DNA of 64,000 bases from Octopus sinensis (lineage: Eukaryota): assembly GCF_006345805.1 (NCBI RefSeq), contig NC_043004.1:93806001-93870000 (forward strand), in the 5' to 3' direction. Positions 12,065 through 24,856 of this stretch are shown one piece after another (the stretch's first letter is position 1; every line of letters starts with the position of its first letter). The notes under the pieces were generated by a model. The model saw only the letters and a program-made list of their open reading frames with translations, was not told where the DNA came from and did not search any database. Made by a program: the position numbers and the translations under genes.

Positions 12065-12280
12065 TGTTAAGATCTTAGTAAGCATTGATTGATCAAGGCA
12101 TATGTAAGAAAGTATTTAAGCAGCGGCCATTGGGTCTCTTTTGTAAGCCATACTGTAATTTAGAATTACGTTGTCCAATATGTGTCCTTCCCTTTTTTAA
12201 GACGGTAGGATGAGATTTGAATTAGATTTGTCTGTTATTTATAGCACACCAAGTAGCTACATACAGGCTCACTCGATGTC
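12065..12280 (-). mobile_element. Old dispersed repeat (related copies 29790-29950 and 30070-30270 on +)
   Basis: Diverged similarity: GCAGCCAAA..CTCAAATC..CCT..CGTC.TAAAAAAGGAAGGACAC. Confidence 0.45.
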
Positions 12281-12901
12281 TCAGTAGAGAGGAGATCACC
12301 GTAGATGTTTAGTTGTGTTTACAAGAAAGATAACTAAAACATCTGTGGTGGTCTCTGTATGGAAAAATGGGAGGGAAGTTGTTGAGGAAATACCCGAAGG
12401 TAAATTCAGATGAAGGAGTTTCCATATAGACACTTGACTTGTTCAGTAAATAAATGTTTATATCAACAAACTCCCTGTAGCTCTTCGAATGAGAACCACA
12501 TGCTTTTGTTTTGTTTTATTTTTATAGTCTATTAGTCAGAGTCGGAAGACAAGTACCCATGACCCTTTTCAGACTCTTTGAGGCTGACGGAAGAAAGTGG
12601 GGAAACTATTTTTAGAGCGGAAACCTAGCCCAAATACTTGCAAAAGATAGGACTTTCTAAAAGGGATCCAAGGACTGGCGGTGTCACTAAACCATGAATT
12701 GGATTAATTGAACCACCTAAGAACAAAAGCAATCTTATCGATAGGCTTTCATTTATTACATTTAATCTCACAATGATTTAATCCGTTCGAGACTAGAATA
12801 GAAGAAAGTTTTCTAAAGTGTCAGATACTGGGATCGATTTCAAAACTACGTAGTTGTCTCCATTTCCAAGAAAGATACATAGTGTACAGCTAAACTATAT
12901 G

Positions 12902-13381
12902 TATTTCTTTACTGCCCACGAGGGGCTAAACACAGAGGGGACAAACAAGGACAGACAAACGGAATAAGTCGATTACATCAACCCTAGTGCGTAACTGGCA
13001 CTTAATTTATCGACCCCGAAAGGATGAAAGGCAAAGTCGACCTCGGTGGAATTTGAATTCAGAACATACGGCTACGCATTTCGTCCGGCGTGCTAACGTT
13101 TCTGCCAGCTCGCCGCTTTCAAATCAAGAATTCCATGGCCGGATATATATTTCTTTACTGCCCACAAGGGGCTAAACACAGAAGGGACAAACAAGGACAG
13201 ACAAACGGGTTAAGCCGATTACATCAACCCTAGTGCGTAACTGGTACTTAATTTATCGACCCGAAAGGATGAAAGGCAAAGTCGACCTCGGCAGAATTTG
13301 AACTCAGAACATAATGTCAGACGAAATATGGCTACGCATTTCGCCCGGCGTGCTAACGTTTCTGCCAGCTCGCCGCCTTTA
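12902..13381 (-). mobile_element. Tandem dimer of family-D SINEs within one 17-bp TSD
   Basis: Two full copies (12902-13117, 13148-13378); TACAGCTAAACTATATG at 12885-12901 and 13382-13398. Confidence 0.85.
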
Positions 13382-13530
13382 TACAGCTAAACTATATGAC
13401 TAATTTGTTTCTTTACTAGCTACCTTTGCATCAGGACCCTACTTGAGCCGATTGTTGTGCAACAATTTGTACTGGGATTCGTAAACTACGAAACTGAAGC
13501 AACTGATACCCAACCTCAGTATCAACAAGT

Positions 13531-13919
13531 AGTGGAGGCGCAATGGCCCAGTGGTTAGGGCAGCGGACTCGCGGTCATAGGATCGCGGTTTCGATTCCCA
13601 GACCGGGCGTTGTGAGTGTTTTTTATTGAGCGAAAACACCTAAAGCTCCACGAGGCTCCGGCAGGGGATGGTGGTGATCCCTGCTGTACTCTTTCACCAC
13701 AACTTTCTCTCACTCTTACTTCCTGTTTCTGTTGTACCTGTATTTCAAAGGGCCGGCCTTGTCACTCTCTGTGTCACGCTGAATATCCCCGAGAACTACG
13801 TTAAGAGTACACGTGTCTGTGGAGTGCTCAGCCACTTACACGTTAATTTCACGAGCAGGCTGTTCCGTTGATTCGGATCAACCGGAACCCCGTCGTCGTA
13901 ACCGACGGAGTGCTTCCCC
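13531..13919 (+). mobile_element. tRNA-derived SINE family A (tail type 2)
   Basis: Same head as 11027; tail CACGAGCAGGCTGTTCCGTTGA..CGTAACCGACGGAGTGC; TSD ATCAACAAGT. Confidence 0.9.
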
Positions 13920-14426
13920 ATCAACAAGTCAATTAATTTCAGCAGAAATAACGTTGAATGGAAGGAAACCAGGGTTCTGGTTTTAGTAAACTCCATTAAA
14001 AAATTACTGAAGACCTGGTAGAGCAGTTAAACTGAGCGATGGTTTTGTTATGTTGCTGTTCCACTACGTTTTATTGCTAAGTTCTGTTGCTGTACCTCAG
14101 CTTTTGAGATTTGAGCATAAACATTTGAGAATATCCAAGACAAAACACAAAAACGAATAGAGCATACCTCAACTTACGCCGTTTCGAGCTACGTCTTCTT
14201 CAATGTTACATTGTTTTTTTTAAAGAAATTAATGGAAAAAAAAATAATAAACCTCAATATATTCGATTTTATGCCGGTCTCAGCGGCGTAAAGATATTTT
14301 TTTAATGTTATTTAAAAGCATATAAATTTTAAACATTTCAATACTGAAGTGGAAAATCAAATACAAGACGTGAAAATATATATACGAACCATTTATTAAA
14401 ACAGATACAAGCTAATCATTTTTTTA

Positions 14427-15135
14427 TCAGGTCATCCCATGAGTTCTGTCCGAATTTTGAATAAAGAAAACAAGTGATCAAACGTTATATTTAATTGAAA
14501 TTTAATCATCAATGTACTTTCTCTGATTATCTATGACTTCCTTCCATCTATTTTCAAGCTTTTTAATCCTATCAATGTAAAACTCTTTTGGTTTCAAAGC
14601 GAAGAACTCTGAAATGTCAGTTTCGACCTCCTCCTGGCTTGCGAAAGTTATGTCCCCCAAATGATTCTGTAAACTACGAAACAAACAGTAGATCTGAAGG
14701 AGCAAGGTCGGGAGAATAAGGTGGATGAGGAGTTTTTTCCCAACCAAGCTCTTTGATCTTCTGTGATGTGATCTTTGCAGTGTGGGGTCGCGCATTGTCC
14801 TGATGAAACATCACTCCTTTTCGATTCACTGAAGTGGGTCTTTTTTTTCTTCAAAGCTTGATTCAAACTCTCTAATTGCTGACAGTAAACTTGAACATTG
14901 ATTGTTGCATTAGGTGGTAACAATTCAAAGTGAATTACTCCTTTGTAATCCCACCAGACAGAGAAGAACCTTTTTCCCATGAAGTTCCCTTCTCGGTTGT
15001 GGTTGAGCTTTTTACCTTTTACCAAGCCACTGTTTACGACGTCTAACATTTCGATATAAGATCCATTTTTCGTTACTAGTCACAAGTCTATACAAAAAGG
15101 GATAAATTTCATTGGTCGCCATCAATGAAATAGCA
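14427..15135 (-). pseudogene. Degenerate mariner element (second family), 3' part with one TIR
   Basis: Fragments VWWDYKGVIHFELLP, SPDLAPSD, FFALKPKEFY..I.KLENRWKEVID; TA|TCAGGTCATCCCAT terminus; frameshifts. Confidence 0.85.
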
Positions 15136-15804
15136 TTAAGTATTTTGGACACTTAACCTTCTTGTGGCACCCGGGTTGACTGATCGACCCAATGTAACAA
15201 ACGTTTTGAAGTGTAATAGCCAACCAGAGATCGTCTTTCAGTAGATATAATATAAAACTAAATAATATAAATGGTTTTACATATTAATAAAGTAGTTTTA
15301 GGCACTTTATCTTTTATTTTCTACATGCACCCATCATTTACAATCTCCGCATAAAAACATTTTGGTCGTTTTGGCTACACATACCAATGTACCGTGTGTC
15401 TCAAAAAGGTATAATTACAAAAAAGCAAGCAAAAACAAACAAAAGAAAAAGGATCACAAAGATTCTTAACAGAAGGCAAAATGAATAGGAAGAGAGGGAA
15501 ATAAAACCTTAGAATTACGTGGACGGATAATAAAAACAAATATAGAGAGATAGTGATGCACTGAAGTAATGCAGTGATGCAGTCCGTATCTGATTATGGT
15601 GATAACGTATCTAGGACAACAAATGAATATATGGCTACCTGGCGTCATCCATTCCTGCCCAACGGCTTAAACCTTCGGACACTAAAAAGATGCTGTATTA
15701 AATCCGAGCGAAACAGTGTTCATTTAACGAGATACTTCCTATAACATCACTCGAAGTCGCTTTGCACCAAGGGATGCACCACAACTAGTTGTGTAGTTTC
15801 CTAC

Positions 15805-15905
15805 CCGCGAGAGATCGATGCAAGATGTGTCGAAACGATCGTTGTGAGCAATAAAGTTTTCCTGTGAATTCCATTTTCCGTCTTTATCACCTGTTTTATT
15901 GTTTT
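15805..15905 (+). mobile_element. 5'-truncated pLTR-like fragment with 3' half of a hammerhead
   Basis: GAAA-cgatcg-TT (palindromic stem III) followed by AATAAA and a T-rich tail into (TA)/(TG) repeats; CUGANGA half is missing. Confidence 0.4.
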
Positions 15906-16361
15906 ATATATACACATGTAAATGTGTGTGTGTGTGTGCGTGTGTGTGTGTGTGAGTGTATGTGTGTGTACACGAGTTAACGTTCTACATGTATACATAT
16001 TATAGGCAAATACAGACACTAACAGATACAGACACATATACTGCACATACATGTATTTTATTCACTGTTTCCAGTAATATCGAACCAAGAACTTCTTTTA
16101 AGTCGGTAACAATCGAATGCACGTCCTTGAAAAACTTCAACAAAGGCGAACTATGTCTGTCGTTCTCGATGCGTTTCCTACACAAGTCTATGAAGAAGTT
16201 TTATCGCAGACATCTCCAAAGCTTCAAGCCTTCCAACAGTGTGTATGCATTTAGTATGATATACGTATGGCTCTTTATCTATATATTTATCTATCTATCT
16301 ATCAACTTTGTATGTATATAATATATGTATGTCTATATGTATACATACATGCATACATACA

Positions 16362-16586
16362 TACGTGAACTATTGAGGAATTTACAGCTACTCTATCCAG
16401 ATTGCAAGTTTAGGTTTATACCTGTAACTATCGGGACACTGGGATATGCAACACACTGCCTAAATACCAATCTTGAGAAATTAAGCTTCTCAAAATCAGA
16501 AAGGCCAAAGCTGATTTGAAGACTATAGATCCAATCCATCAGTAGAACTGTTAAAATCTGTGAAACTTTCCAGAAGTTTATCATTT
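16362..16586 (+). pseudogene. RLE-type (R4/Dong-like) LINE C-terminal endonuclease remnant
   Basis: ELLRNLQLLYP..KFRFIPVTIGTLG...L.KL resembles the IPVVIGALG region of R4-clade ORFs; stops follow. Confidence 0.6.
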
Positions 16587-17859
16587 CAATAGACATGAGC
16601 ATGTCTACACATGCAACTCTATGCATGAGAATACATGCATAAAACAAAAGATACATATCTGCACATATACATACATAAATACCCTGCTGATGTTGAGGAA
16701 ATTTCAATGAAGGAGCTTTGGATCTAAGTTAGAAATTGGCCCTTTCTCTATTAGCAAAAGATCTTGAAATACAACTGAATAATGACAAACATACATACAT
16801 GCATACATACATACACTTTGTACATACACTTTGTACATACATGCATACATACATGCACTTTGAACATACACACACATGAGAAAACATGTTGCCAATCCTT
16901 TCCGAAATATTGGATTCTTTCATTTATAAAATGGACTTCCTTTTTGGATGTAAGAACTATTTTTTTATTAGTTCATCCGTTAAATTAAAAATATTATCCT
17001 CAATGACCTTCATTTTATCTTTCCAGTTTTTTCTCTTCCTTTTTACCTACCCTTTTATCACGGTTTTTCTTTTTCATATTCTTGATTTATATATTTATTA
17101 GATAATCAAACGTGTATGTCGAGTGTTTTCTGTTTTTTATTACATGAATGTTTCCACTTAAAAATATTATTCTTTTCAAGAGATGTCAAACTAACATAAT
17201 CTTGAATCATCTGTACTATAACATGAAATGGTAGAAAATGTGGACTGAATTTTCATAAATTGCTATTTGTTTTAAAGAGTGTTTTTTTCTCCTTCTTCAG
17301 TTTCATTAGAGGTGTCATTTAATTATTATTATTATTTCCTTGTTAGGTCTTTTTCTTAAATATACATTTCATATATTTTTATACATTTATTTCGCGTCAA
17401 TTGGTTTAAACTGTATGCCCCTTTAATTAGAAATTGATTTATTAAAACCTAAAGAAGGTTTGGATATACTAAGTTAGGATGTCAGGAAGTCTCTCTTTAG
17501 TAGAACCGCCAAACCAAATGTAATCTGTCAAAGTTGATGACATCAACATCTTCAAGAATACCGAGAATTTCTTGGAACAAATAATTAAAAACTAAATAAA
17601 TAAAACGGATAGGGGATTTACATAAGACGAAAATACTTCTTTTTCACAGTTTTTTTTTATTTCAATAATGGAATTCGTAGCTTAGCAATATCTTCTTAAT
17701 TTAAATCATAGTCTTATAGCTGACACATCAATTACTGGGTTAGTAAGTGTACAAACCGAACGATCAATGGTTCACATCAAGTTCCATGTTCTTAACAGAT
17801 ACACTTAATTTTTTTTTCCATTTGCTAGAACAAGGTCAGAATTTTGAGGAGACCGAATT

Positions 17860-18025
17860 ACTGCATCGACCCCATTTTTAAACTGATTCTTATTTTATCG
17901 ACCCCGGAAGGATGAAAAGCGAAGTCGACCTAAGCGGGTTTTGTTCTCAAAACGTAAAGAGTCGGAAGAAGTCCTGCTAAGCATGTTGTCCGGCATGATA
18001 GGCATTCAGCCAGCTCGCTGCCATT
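17860..18025 (-). mobile_element. Family-D SINE, diverged
   Basis: ATCGACCCCGGAAGGATGAAAAGCGAAGTCGACC..GCCAGCTCGCTGCC. Confidence 0.8.
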
Positions 18026-18544
18026 ATAGTCATAAATAAATAGCATAGTATTGGTATATGTAACAATACTACAGTCATGCTACAGAGCTGGAGCGTGTAA
18101 AAGGAATCTATTGCTACTCAAATATTCTAGATTTTATACTTTCCCATATCTGTGTGAGTAGATGAAATTCATTCACCAGCACATGGCAATTTCTAGTAAC
18201 AAATCTGCAACATTAATCTTCTCCCCACTCACCCTCTCACTTACGCTGCTTTCATAACGGCTTCTCCCTGAAATAATACAGTTGCCCGCCACGATTGAAG
18301 CAATATCCACCCAGTTCCCCCAATTCATCATTCATGTTCCTCACTACAACACATCCACCAAAATCTGAACGAAACATGTTGCCCGAGTTTTCTCCCTAGA
18401 ATAGCATCCCTCTGGTAATCCCTCTCCACCGACAGTTTATTTTCTCCCTAAAACACTGCAGAATTCAAATTCAACATAAACCACATTGACATCGTATATC
18501 TGGTATGAAGATCGCCTCAATTCCTTGCTTAAATGATTTCTAAT

Positions 18545-18962
18545 GTGGTTGGCATCCTTTTTGTCTCGGGAGACAACGGAGTTGCGCATAAAGTAGTCTA
18601 GTCCGGCTTTTACATTTCATATCCTGATACATTTCCTGGACAAACACTCCCTCTGGCAGGTACCGCAAATGTAGCGAAGACTGTTCCTGGCTGGTTGTAA
18701 TGCCATAGTTTCTTGTTGACGTCTTTTCTTGTCTTTCCATTTCTCCTCTCTCTCTCTGTCACTCCTTTGTATTCCCTCTCTTACGGTACGTCGCCAGTCT
18801 CCACGGTTGTCGGCAACCGCCTCCCAATCGCTAATATTGATGTTGCAGGCCTTCATGTCTCTTTTGCAAACATCCTTGTAACGTAAGAGCGGTCTACCCA
18901 CAGACCTAGTACCCCTAGCAAGCTCTCCGCAGAGTATGTCCTTGGGGATTCTGCCATCTTTC
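18545..18962 (-). mobile_element. 5'-truncated RTE-clade LINE (ORF C-terminus + 3'UTR)
   Basis: DGRIPKDILCGEL..G.R..GRP.LRYKDVCKRDMK..W...A..R..WR..V..G and C..C.R.CLS; 14-bp TSD AAATGATTTCTAAT (18531-44 / 18963-76). Confidence 0.92.
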
Positions 18963-19808
18963 AAATGATTTCTAATACAGCTACACAATCAGAAAGTTTT
19001 TATGAGAGGGTAAAGTGGATTAAATCGATGGCAATACTCAGCGGATATTTTATTTTAACCACAAACTCGACATTGGTGGTATTTTAACTGAGAAACAATC
19101 GCAAAACTTTTTGCCCGTTCCTCAAACTGTTTTGAACTTTTCACCTACATGTTTAAAAAGTAATCTATAAAGCCACCGCCAACCACTTAATTGTAGCCCA
19201 ATGTTAAATTATCCAGAATATTTCAACAATTTTCTGTTTTATATTTTCACTTGTTTTTAGAAGAAATTTTGTATAGTTTTGTGCAAAACTTTTTCTGTCT
19301 GAGCGATCAACGCTTGACTGTTTTGCTGAAGACGCCATTTATTCTCAGAAAATTCAGAAATTTAACTCTTCAATTTAGTTATACGGAGAAAAGACACAAG
19401 CCTTTAAATTACATAATAAGGAAAAATTCTTGCTGGATCTAACATCGAATAGAAATTTCGCAATTATTTCAATTCATTAATTATGTGACTACGCATCTTA
19501 TTGCGTTATAATTCCTCGGTTTCCAGGACGAATTGGCGACAAAGATTATATTATTATATCGGCATTTTAATTGCTATTGCATGCTTTCTAAACACAACCG
19601 CTCCCAGCTTGCGTCTCCCTCAAGTATGTGCAGAATCTTTGTGTCGTTTTGTAGTTTTCTGTTGTATTGTTATATTACGTGCCATAGGTGCAGTACCATG
19701 GATGTGTATAAGTCTTGTTTACATTTTGTTGCCGAATTTTTTTTCTAATTAAACTCTTTATATTTTGCATTGCTTCTTCATTTCAGTCTCCATTATAGTT
19801 GCTTTGTG

Positions 19809-20407
19809 AAGGCGCATGGCTCAGTGGTTAGAGCGTCGAGCTTACGATCGTGAGGTTGTGTGCTCGAATCCCGGACCGGGCTGCGTGCTGTGCTCTTGAG
19901 CAAGACACTTTATTTCACGTTGTTCCAGTTCACTCAGCTGTAAATATGAGTTGCGACGTCACAGGTGCCAAGCTGTATCGGCCCCTTTGCCTTTTCCTTG
20001 GATAACACCGGTGGCGTGGAGAGGAGAAACCGGTATGCATGGGCGACTGCTGGTTTTCCATAAACAACCTAACTCGGACTTGTACCTGGAAGGATAACTT
20101 TCGGTAAAATTACAGATTAACACCAGCACGATTTTCAGTAAGAAAAAAAAAATCGGATTTTTTGCGTGGAATCAAGTACCCTGACCTCCTAATATGCTGG
20201 AAATCCCATATTTTGGTAACCCCCCTCCGGACCAATTCCGAACCAAAATATGGGATTTCCAGCATATTAGGTCAGGGTACTTGATTCCACGCAAAGAATC
20301 CGATTTTTTTTTCTTACTGAAAATCGTGCGGGTGTTAATCTGTAATTTTACCTAAATTTCTAGGTACAATCCCATGGTCTGTGTCGTGACCGAAGGGGGT
20401 TCTCAGA
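19809..20407 (+). mobile_element. tRNA-derived SINE family B interrupted by a MITE
   Basis: Head GGCGCATGGCTCAGTGGTTAGAGCG..CTCGAATCCC, body TTGAGCAAGACACTTTATTTCACG; TSD ATAGTTGCTTTGTG. Confidence 0.9.
20103..20352. mobile_element. Fold-back MITE, 250 bp, Merlin-like
   Basis: ~110-bp TIRs starting GGTAAAATTACAGATTAACACC; 8-bp TSD TAACTTTC / TAAATTTC. Confidence 0.8.
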
Positions 20408-20793
20408 ATAGTTGCTTTGTGAATCTTAAAGGATATTGGCAAAACCGGAATAGTTACACACATAAAAAAAATTTGCATTCATAGAGTAGCTATATATGAC
20501 ACTACGCATATATACGTGAAATTACCTTTTTGTTTGAACGTATCAGTATGTCCTACTGTGTGTTCAATTTTCGTTCTCTGAGCCCTTTTGTGCATTGTGT
20601 GTGTGCTGTGTGTGTGTAGTTGTGTGAGAAATCTTTTGCTGTGCGCACTATATGATGGTGGTATTATACGAAGACTTTAACCCTGTAAATTATGTAATTT
20701 TGTTTATTAGTCTCCGTTTTAACTAAGACTAATCAATGGTTCTTGTTTTTCTGCTTAATTTTGTTAATTAAATTAGTATCTAGTTGAGCATAT

Positions 20794-21088
20794 TGTCGTT
20801 TGTTCCTTCTCGAGCCACGCCTGGCTCATAGGGCCGGTTTCCTGGTTTCCTAGGCGTATAGGTTCCCCACCTGGACGGGACGCCAGTCCGTCGCAGGTGA
20901 TCTGCAAGATGCAGGAGGAAAGAGTGAGAGAAAGTTGTGGCGAAAGAGTCAGCAGAAGTTCGCCATTACCTTCTGCCAGAGCTTAGGAGATTCGCTCATA
21001 AATACACACATTGCCCGGTCTGAGATTCGAACCCGCGACCCCTCGACCGCGAGTCCGCTGCTCTAACGTCTAGGCCATCTGCCTCCAC
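20794..21088 (-). mobile_element. SINE family A-related (tail type 1)
   Basis: Reverse-complement tRNA head; TSD AGTTGAGCATAT. Confidence 0.85.
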
Positions 21089-21429
21089 AGTTGAGCATAT
21101 AATGGCTTATAAATAGAACAGCTAGAGTATTGCAATTTCTTGTCTAAGATTTTGCATTTATCTATTTTAAGTATTAATGTAGTTCATCTATAATATTCCT
21201 TCCTAAAATGATCTTTCATTTATATGTGTTGAACTATGTCTAGTTCGTTGCTTCCAAAGCATTTTAAGTCTGTGCTTTATAATTTTGTCTTATCTCTGTT
21301 TATCTTACATGACTTTGCTGGTGCTTATTCATATCTCTGGGTTAAATTTCCTATTAATTCCACTAGTAAATCCAGGCACTCTGTCGTAGAGTTTCTAGTT
21401 GCTTATTATCTACAGCATACATCTTGAGT

Positions 21430-21727
21430 GTGGAGGCGCAATGGCCCAGTGGTTAGGGCAGCGGACTCGCGGTCATAGGATCGCGGTTTCGATTCCCAGA
21501 CCGGGCGTTGTGAGTGTTTATTGAGCAAAAACACCTAAAGCTCCACGCGGCTCTGGCAGGGGATGGTGGTGATCCCTGCTGTACTCTTTCACCACAACTT
21601 TCTCTTACTTCCTGTTTCTGTTGTAATTTCTGTTGTAATTTCCACGTTAATTTCACGAGCAGGCTGTTCCGTTGACTCGGATCAACCGGAACCCTCGTCG
21701 TCGTAACCCACGGAGTGCTTCCACCAC
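21430..21727 (+). mobile_element. SINE family A (tail type 2, internal deletion)
   Basis: Near-identical to 13531; TSD ACATC(T/G)TGAGT. Confidence 0.9.
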
Positions 21728-21941
21728 ACATCGTGAGTTTATCCATATGCAAAGGACGATTAATTCTGCTCCAGCACAATTTGTATCCTAGATCAGCATC
21801 GTTTAACACGTTACTTTCACTTTGCAAGCGTAATAACATGTCCTGTACTTTCCCAGGTTTATTATCTTAAGAATATTATTTCTCTTGCTAGCATTTTTCT
21901 AAGTAATTCAAGTTTTTTTCTAGGCTATGCTATTATACTAA

Positions 21942-22337
21942 TCTTTATATATAAAAGTCAAGTTGTGTGTCTGTCTCCTACGATTTAGATTCCTAACTAC
22001 TCCCACATTTTGCGGTGCAGTTTAACCAAAACCGGGTATCTTATAGTCGTGATTCATATCGAGCCCTTCTGGATATTAGCGCGCGTCTACGATGAGTCTA
22101 CGATTTTTAAAAAAATTACCATCATTTTTTCCATTTTAATGCATTTTTTCGCTATTATATAAGGGAAGTAACTCTCTAAAAATGTCTACGATGAGTCAAC
22201 GATTTTTAAAAAAATTAACCATCATTTGTTTTGCATTTTTAATGCATTTTTTTGCTATTTTTTGGCTATAACTCTCTAAAAATGCTTATATAGTTATTTC
22301 CCTTACAAACCCGAGCAACGCCGGGCGATACTGCTAG
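21942..22337 (+). mobile_element. Non-autonomous Helitron
   Basis: A|TCTTTATATATAAAAG ... CCCGAGCAACGCCGGG..CTAG|T; internal partial duplication. Confidence 0.92.
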
Positions 22338-23019
22338 TTAATTATATGTCAATTAATAATTTAAGATTTTACCTTATTGAAAATATGCCGGTGACATATA
22401 TTAAAAGTCCCCTTATAGAATTATATTCATAAAAAAAGTATACAACAATATTATCACCCTCAAAATTGAGAAACAAACATGCATAACTTTTTTTCTTTTA
22501 AAACTTCATTGTATGAGAGTGATACCATGACATTCCTCTGATTGAACTCTATCATTTAAGCTTAATTAAAATATAGTTTATTTTTTAAATAAAAAGTTAA
22601 TTATACTTAAATCCAATTTTTTGCCTTACTTATATACTTTTTCATGATATTTTACCTCACAATGTTTTTTATACAAATTTTTGTTGTATGGTACCAATAC
22701 TCATGCTTTCCTCGCGCTTTCTTCTATTATTGAAGCTAAGATAAATATATTAAGAATATTATTCAACTACTACTGTACTTGAATGATGTATATATATGTA
22801 TATATATTTGTGTGTGTGTCCGCCATTGCTTGACAACTGATTCTGGTGTGTTTATGTCCCCTTAACCTAGCGGTTCGGCAAAATAGACTGATAGGATAAA
22901 TACTAACGTTAAAAAGAATATTCCCGAGGTCGATTTCTTCGACTAAGAACCTTTAGAAATTTAATATTTCTGATTTTGGTGATCAGTGAATAAACTTCTC
23001 TGAAAATATATATATATAT

Positions 23020-23274
23020 TTACGAAGTCTAGAGAAATATCTTCAGCTAGCAGGCCTCTGCTACTCTAGATTGATGATGGGCAAAACCCAGAAACATGCA
23101 TGTCTCTAGATGCAGGCCTAGCTGTTGGGAGTGTTTGTCTCCCCTTCGTAAATATATAAGGACACAGGATATGTGTCAAGGCCGACAGGAAGCGTCGATG
23201 CTTCCTAGGGCTAAACAGCGGTGGTGTAATTCCCTTACAGGACTGTCACGTTAAGTTGACAGTAGGCAACCACT
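23020..23274 (+). mobile_element. Short hammerhead-bearing element between (TA)n tracts
   Basis: ~255-bp unique block between two (TA)n tracts, containing the ribozyme below. Confidence 0.6.
23065..23110 (+). ncRNA. Minimal type-I hammerhead ribozyme, U3.G8 variant
   Basis: tctaga-TTGATGA-tggg(caaaa)ccca-GAAA-catgcatg-TC-tctaga; all three stems pair; GUC triplet at 23102-23104. Confidence 0.8.
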
Positions 23275-23714
23275 ATATATATATATATAATTATGCACAT
23301 ATGCATAAACCTATACATATACATACATATATGTACATATAAGCATACACACACATATACAAGTGTGTGTGCGCGTTACCACATTACAACTGTTTCTATG
23401 CACATATATCAATCATTTCTGAATTTCACCAACTTATACTAATGTGCTTAACTGAGGAGGTATAAAAACACAGAAACATGTAAGTTGCTTTCACCAGCTC
23501 ACTTCAACATCAAGATATACTCTCGTCTGCATCATATTAATTTACTGCAATTTCCGACTGGGCGATTGCTTGTTGATTTGAAATTTCTAACACAAATAGA
23601 TTAGGTTTTTGCTCAGTAATTATAGAGATAATATCGGCTAAGAGATTTATTTTTATCTCACTATATTTCGTAGTTGAGATTTCTATTGGGCATATGTTTG
23701 TGCGTGCTAGTATA

Positions 23715-24173
23715 TATATGTGTGTGTGTGTGTGTGTATGTGTGTATATGTGTGTGTGTGTGCGTGTGTGTGTGTATGAAACATACATCTGTACACGTAT
23801 ATATATATATAATATACATATGCAAAGTATATATATATATAATATACATATACACAGTATATATATATATACATATATATACATATACACATATATGCAT
23901 AAATGTATGCATATATATATATATATACATACAAATACATAAATACGTACATACATTCCTATGTATGTACGTATATAGAAATGTATATATGTAGATGTAA
24001 ATAAATATGTACTTTTATATGCTCATTTGTTTGTATGTGTAAATATATACATATATATGCATGTATATACACATATGTAGCTATGATATATCTATAAACG
24101 TACACATATACGTATTTGTATAGGTATATAAGTATATATAAATGCATATATATACGTATATGTATATATATAC

Positions 24174-24218
<45 letters not shown>

Positions 24219-24280
24219 CACACACACATATATATATATATACACACACATATGTACATACATCTGTGTATATATATGTG
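23715..24280. repeat. Compound (TG)n/(TA)n microsatellite
   Basis: Directly visible. Confidence 0.9.
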
Positions 24281-24777
24281 GTGTTCAAAATAAAACCTGC
24301 TTATTTTTATTTTCCTTCAGCCAAACAGAACGCTCTCTCTTCGTGCAGAAACTCGCTTATAAATTCTCTCAACACTTCTTTTCTTTTCTACCAATTAAAT
24401 TTAGCATTTCCAAAATGTCTTACAAATTACAACCACCAAAATTGCATGCTCTGGTCTCTAAATACCAGGTTGGATATAATTTGCATATATCGGTGCAAAT
24501 TAAAGACAACATTAAACATTAGATTTGGAAATGGGGTAGGAATAGCTTGCACTCATATCAATGTCACAATTTTGCATAAGATCTGGTTAAGGAAAGTGCG
24601 TAACGGCTTGCAAAATATTTCTGTTGAATATTTATTTTTTTCTGTCTGTTGATTATTTTTTTTCGTTCTTTCTTAATTTTTTCTTTTACATGAAGACCAT
24701 TTATACATTGATTTAATACAGTTGAAAAACCAGAGATTATAAATCAGAGTGTTTGAACTTCTCTTTTTCAAGATTAC

Positions 24778-24823
<46 letters not shown>

Positions 24824-24856
24824 GATTATTATTATTGTGGTGGTGGTGGTGGTGGT

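Noticed and set aside
13531-13610. tRNA gene-like sequences at SINE heads (also 11030, 19809, 21431, 42472)
   Set aside because: A/B boxes are present but they run into SINE bodies, several with TSDs, and lack a proper acceptor stem.
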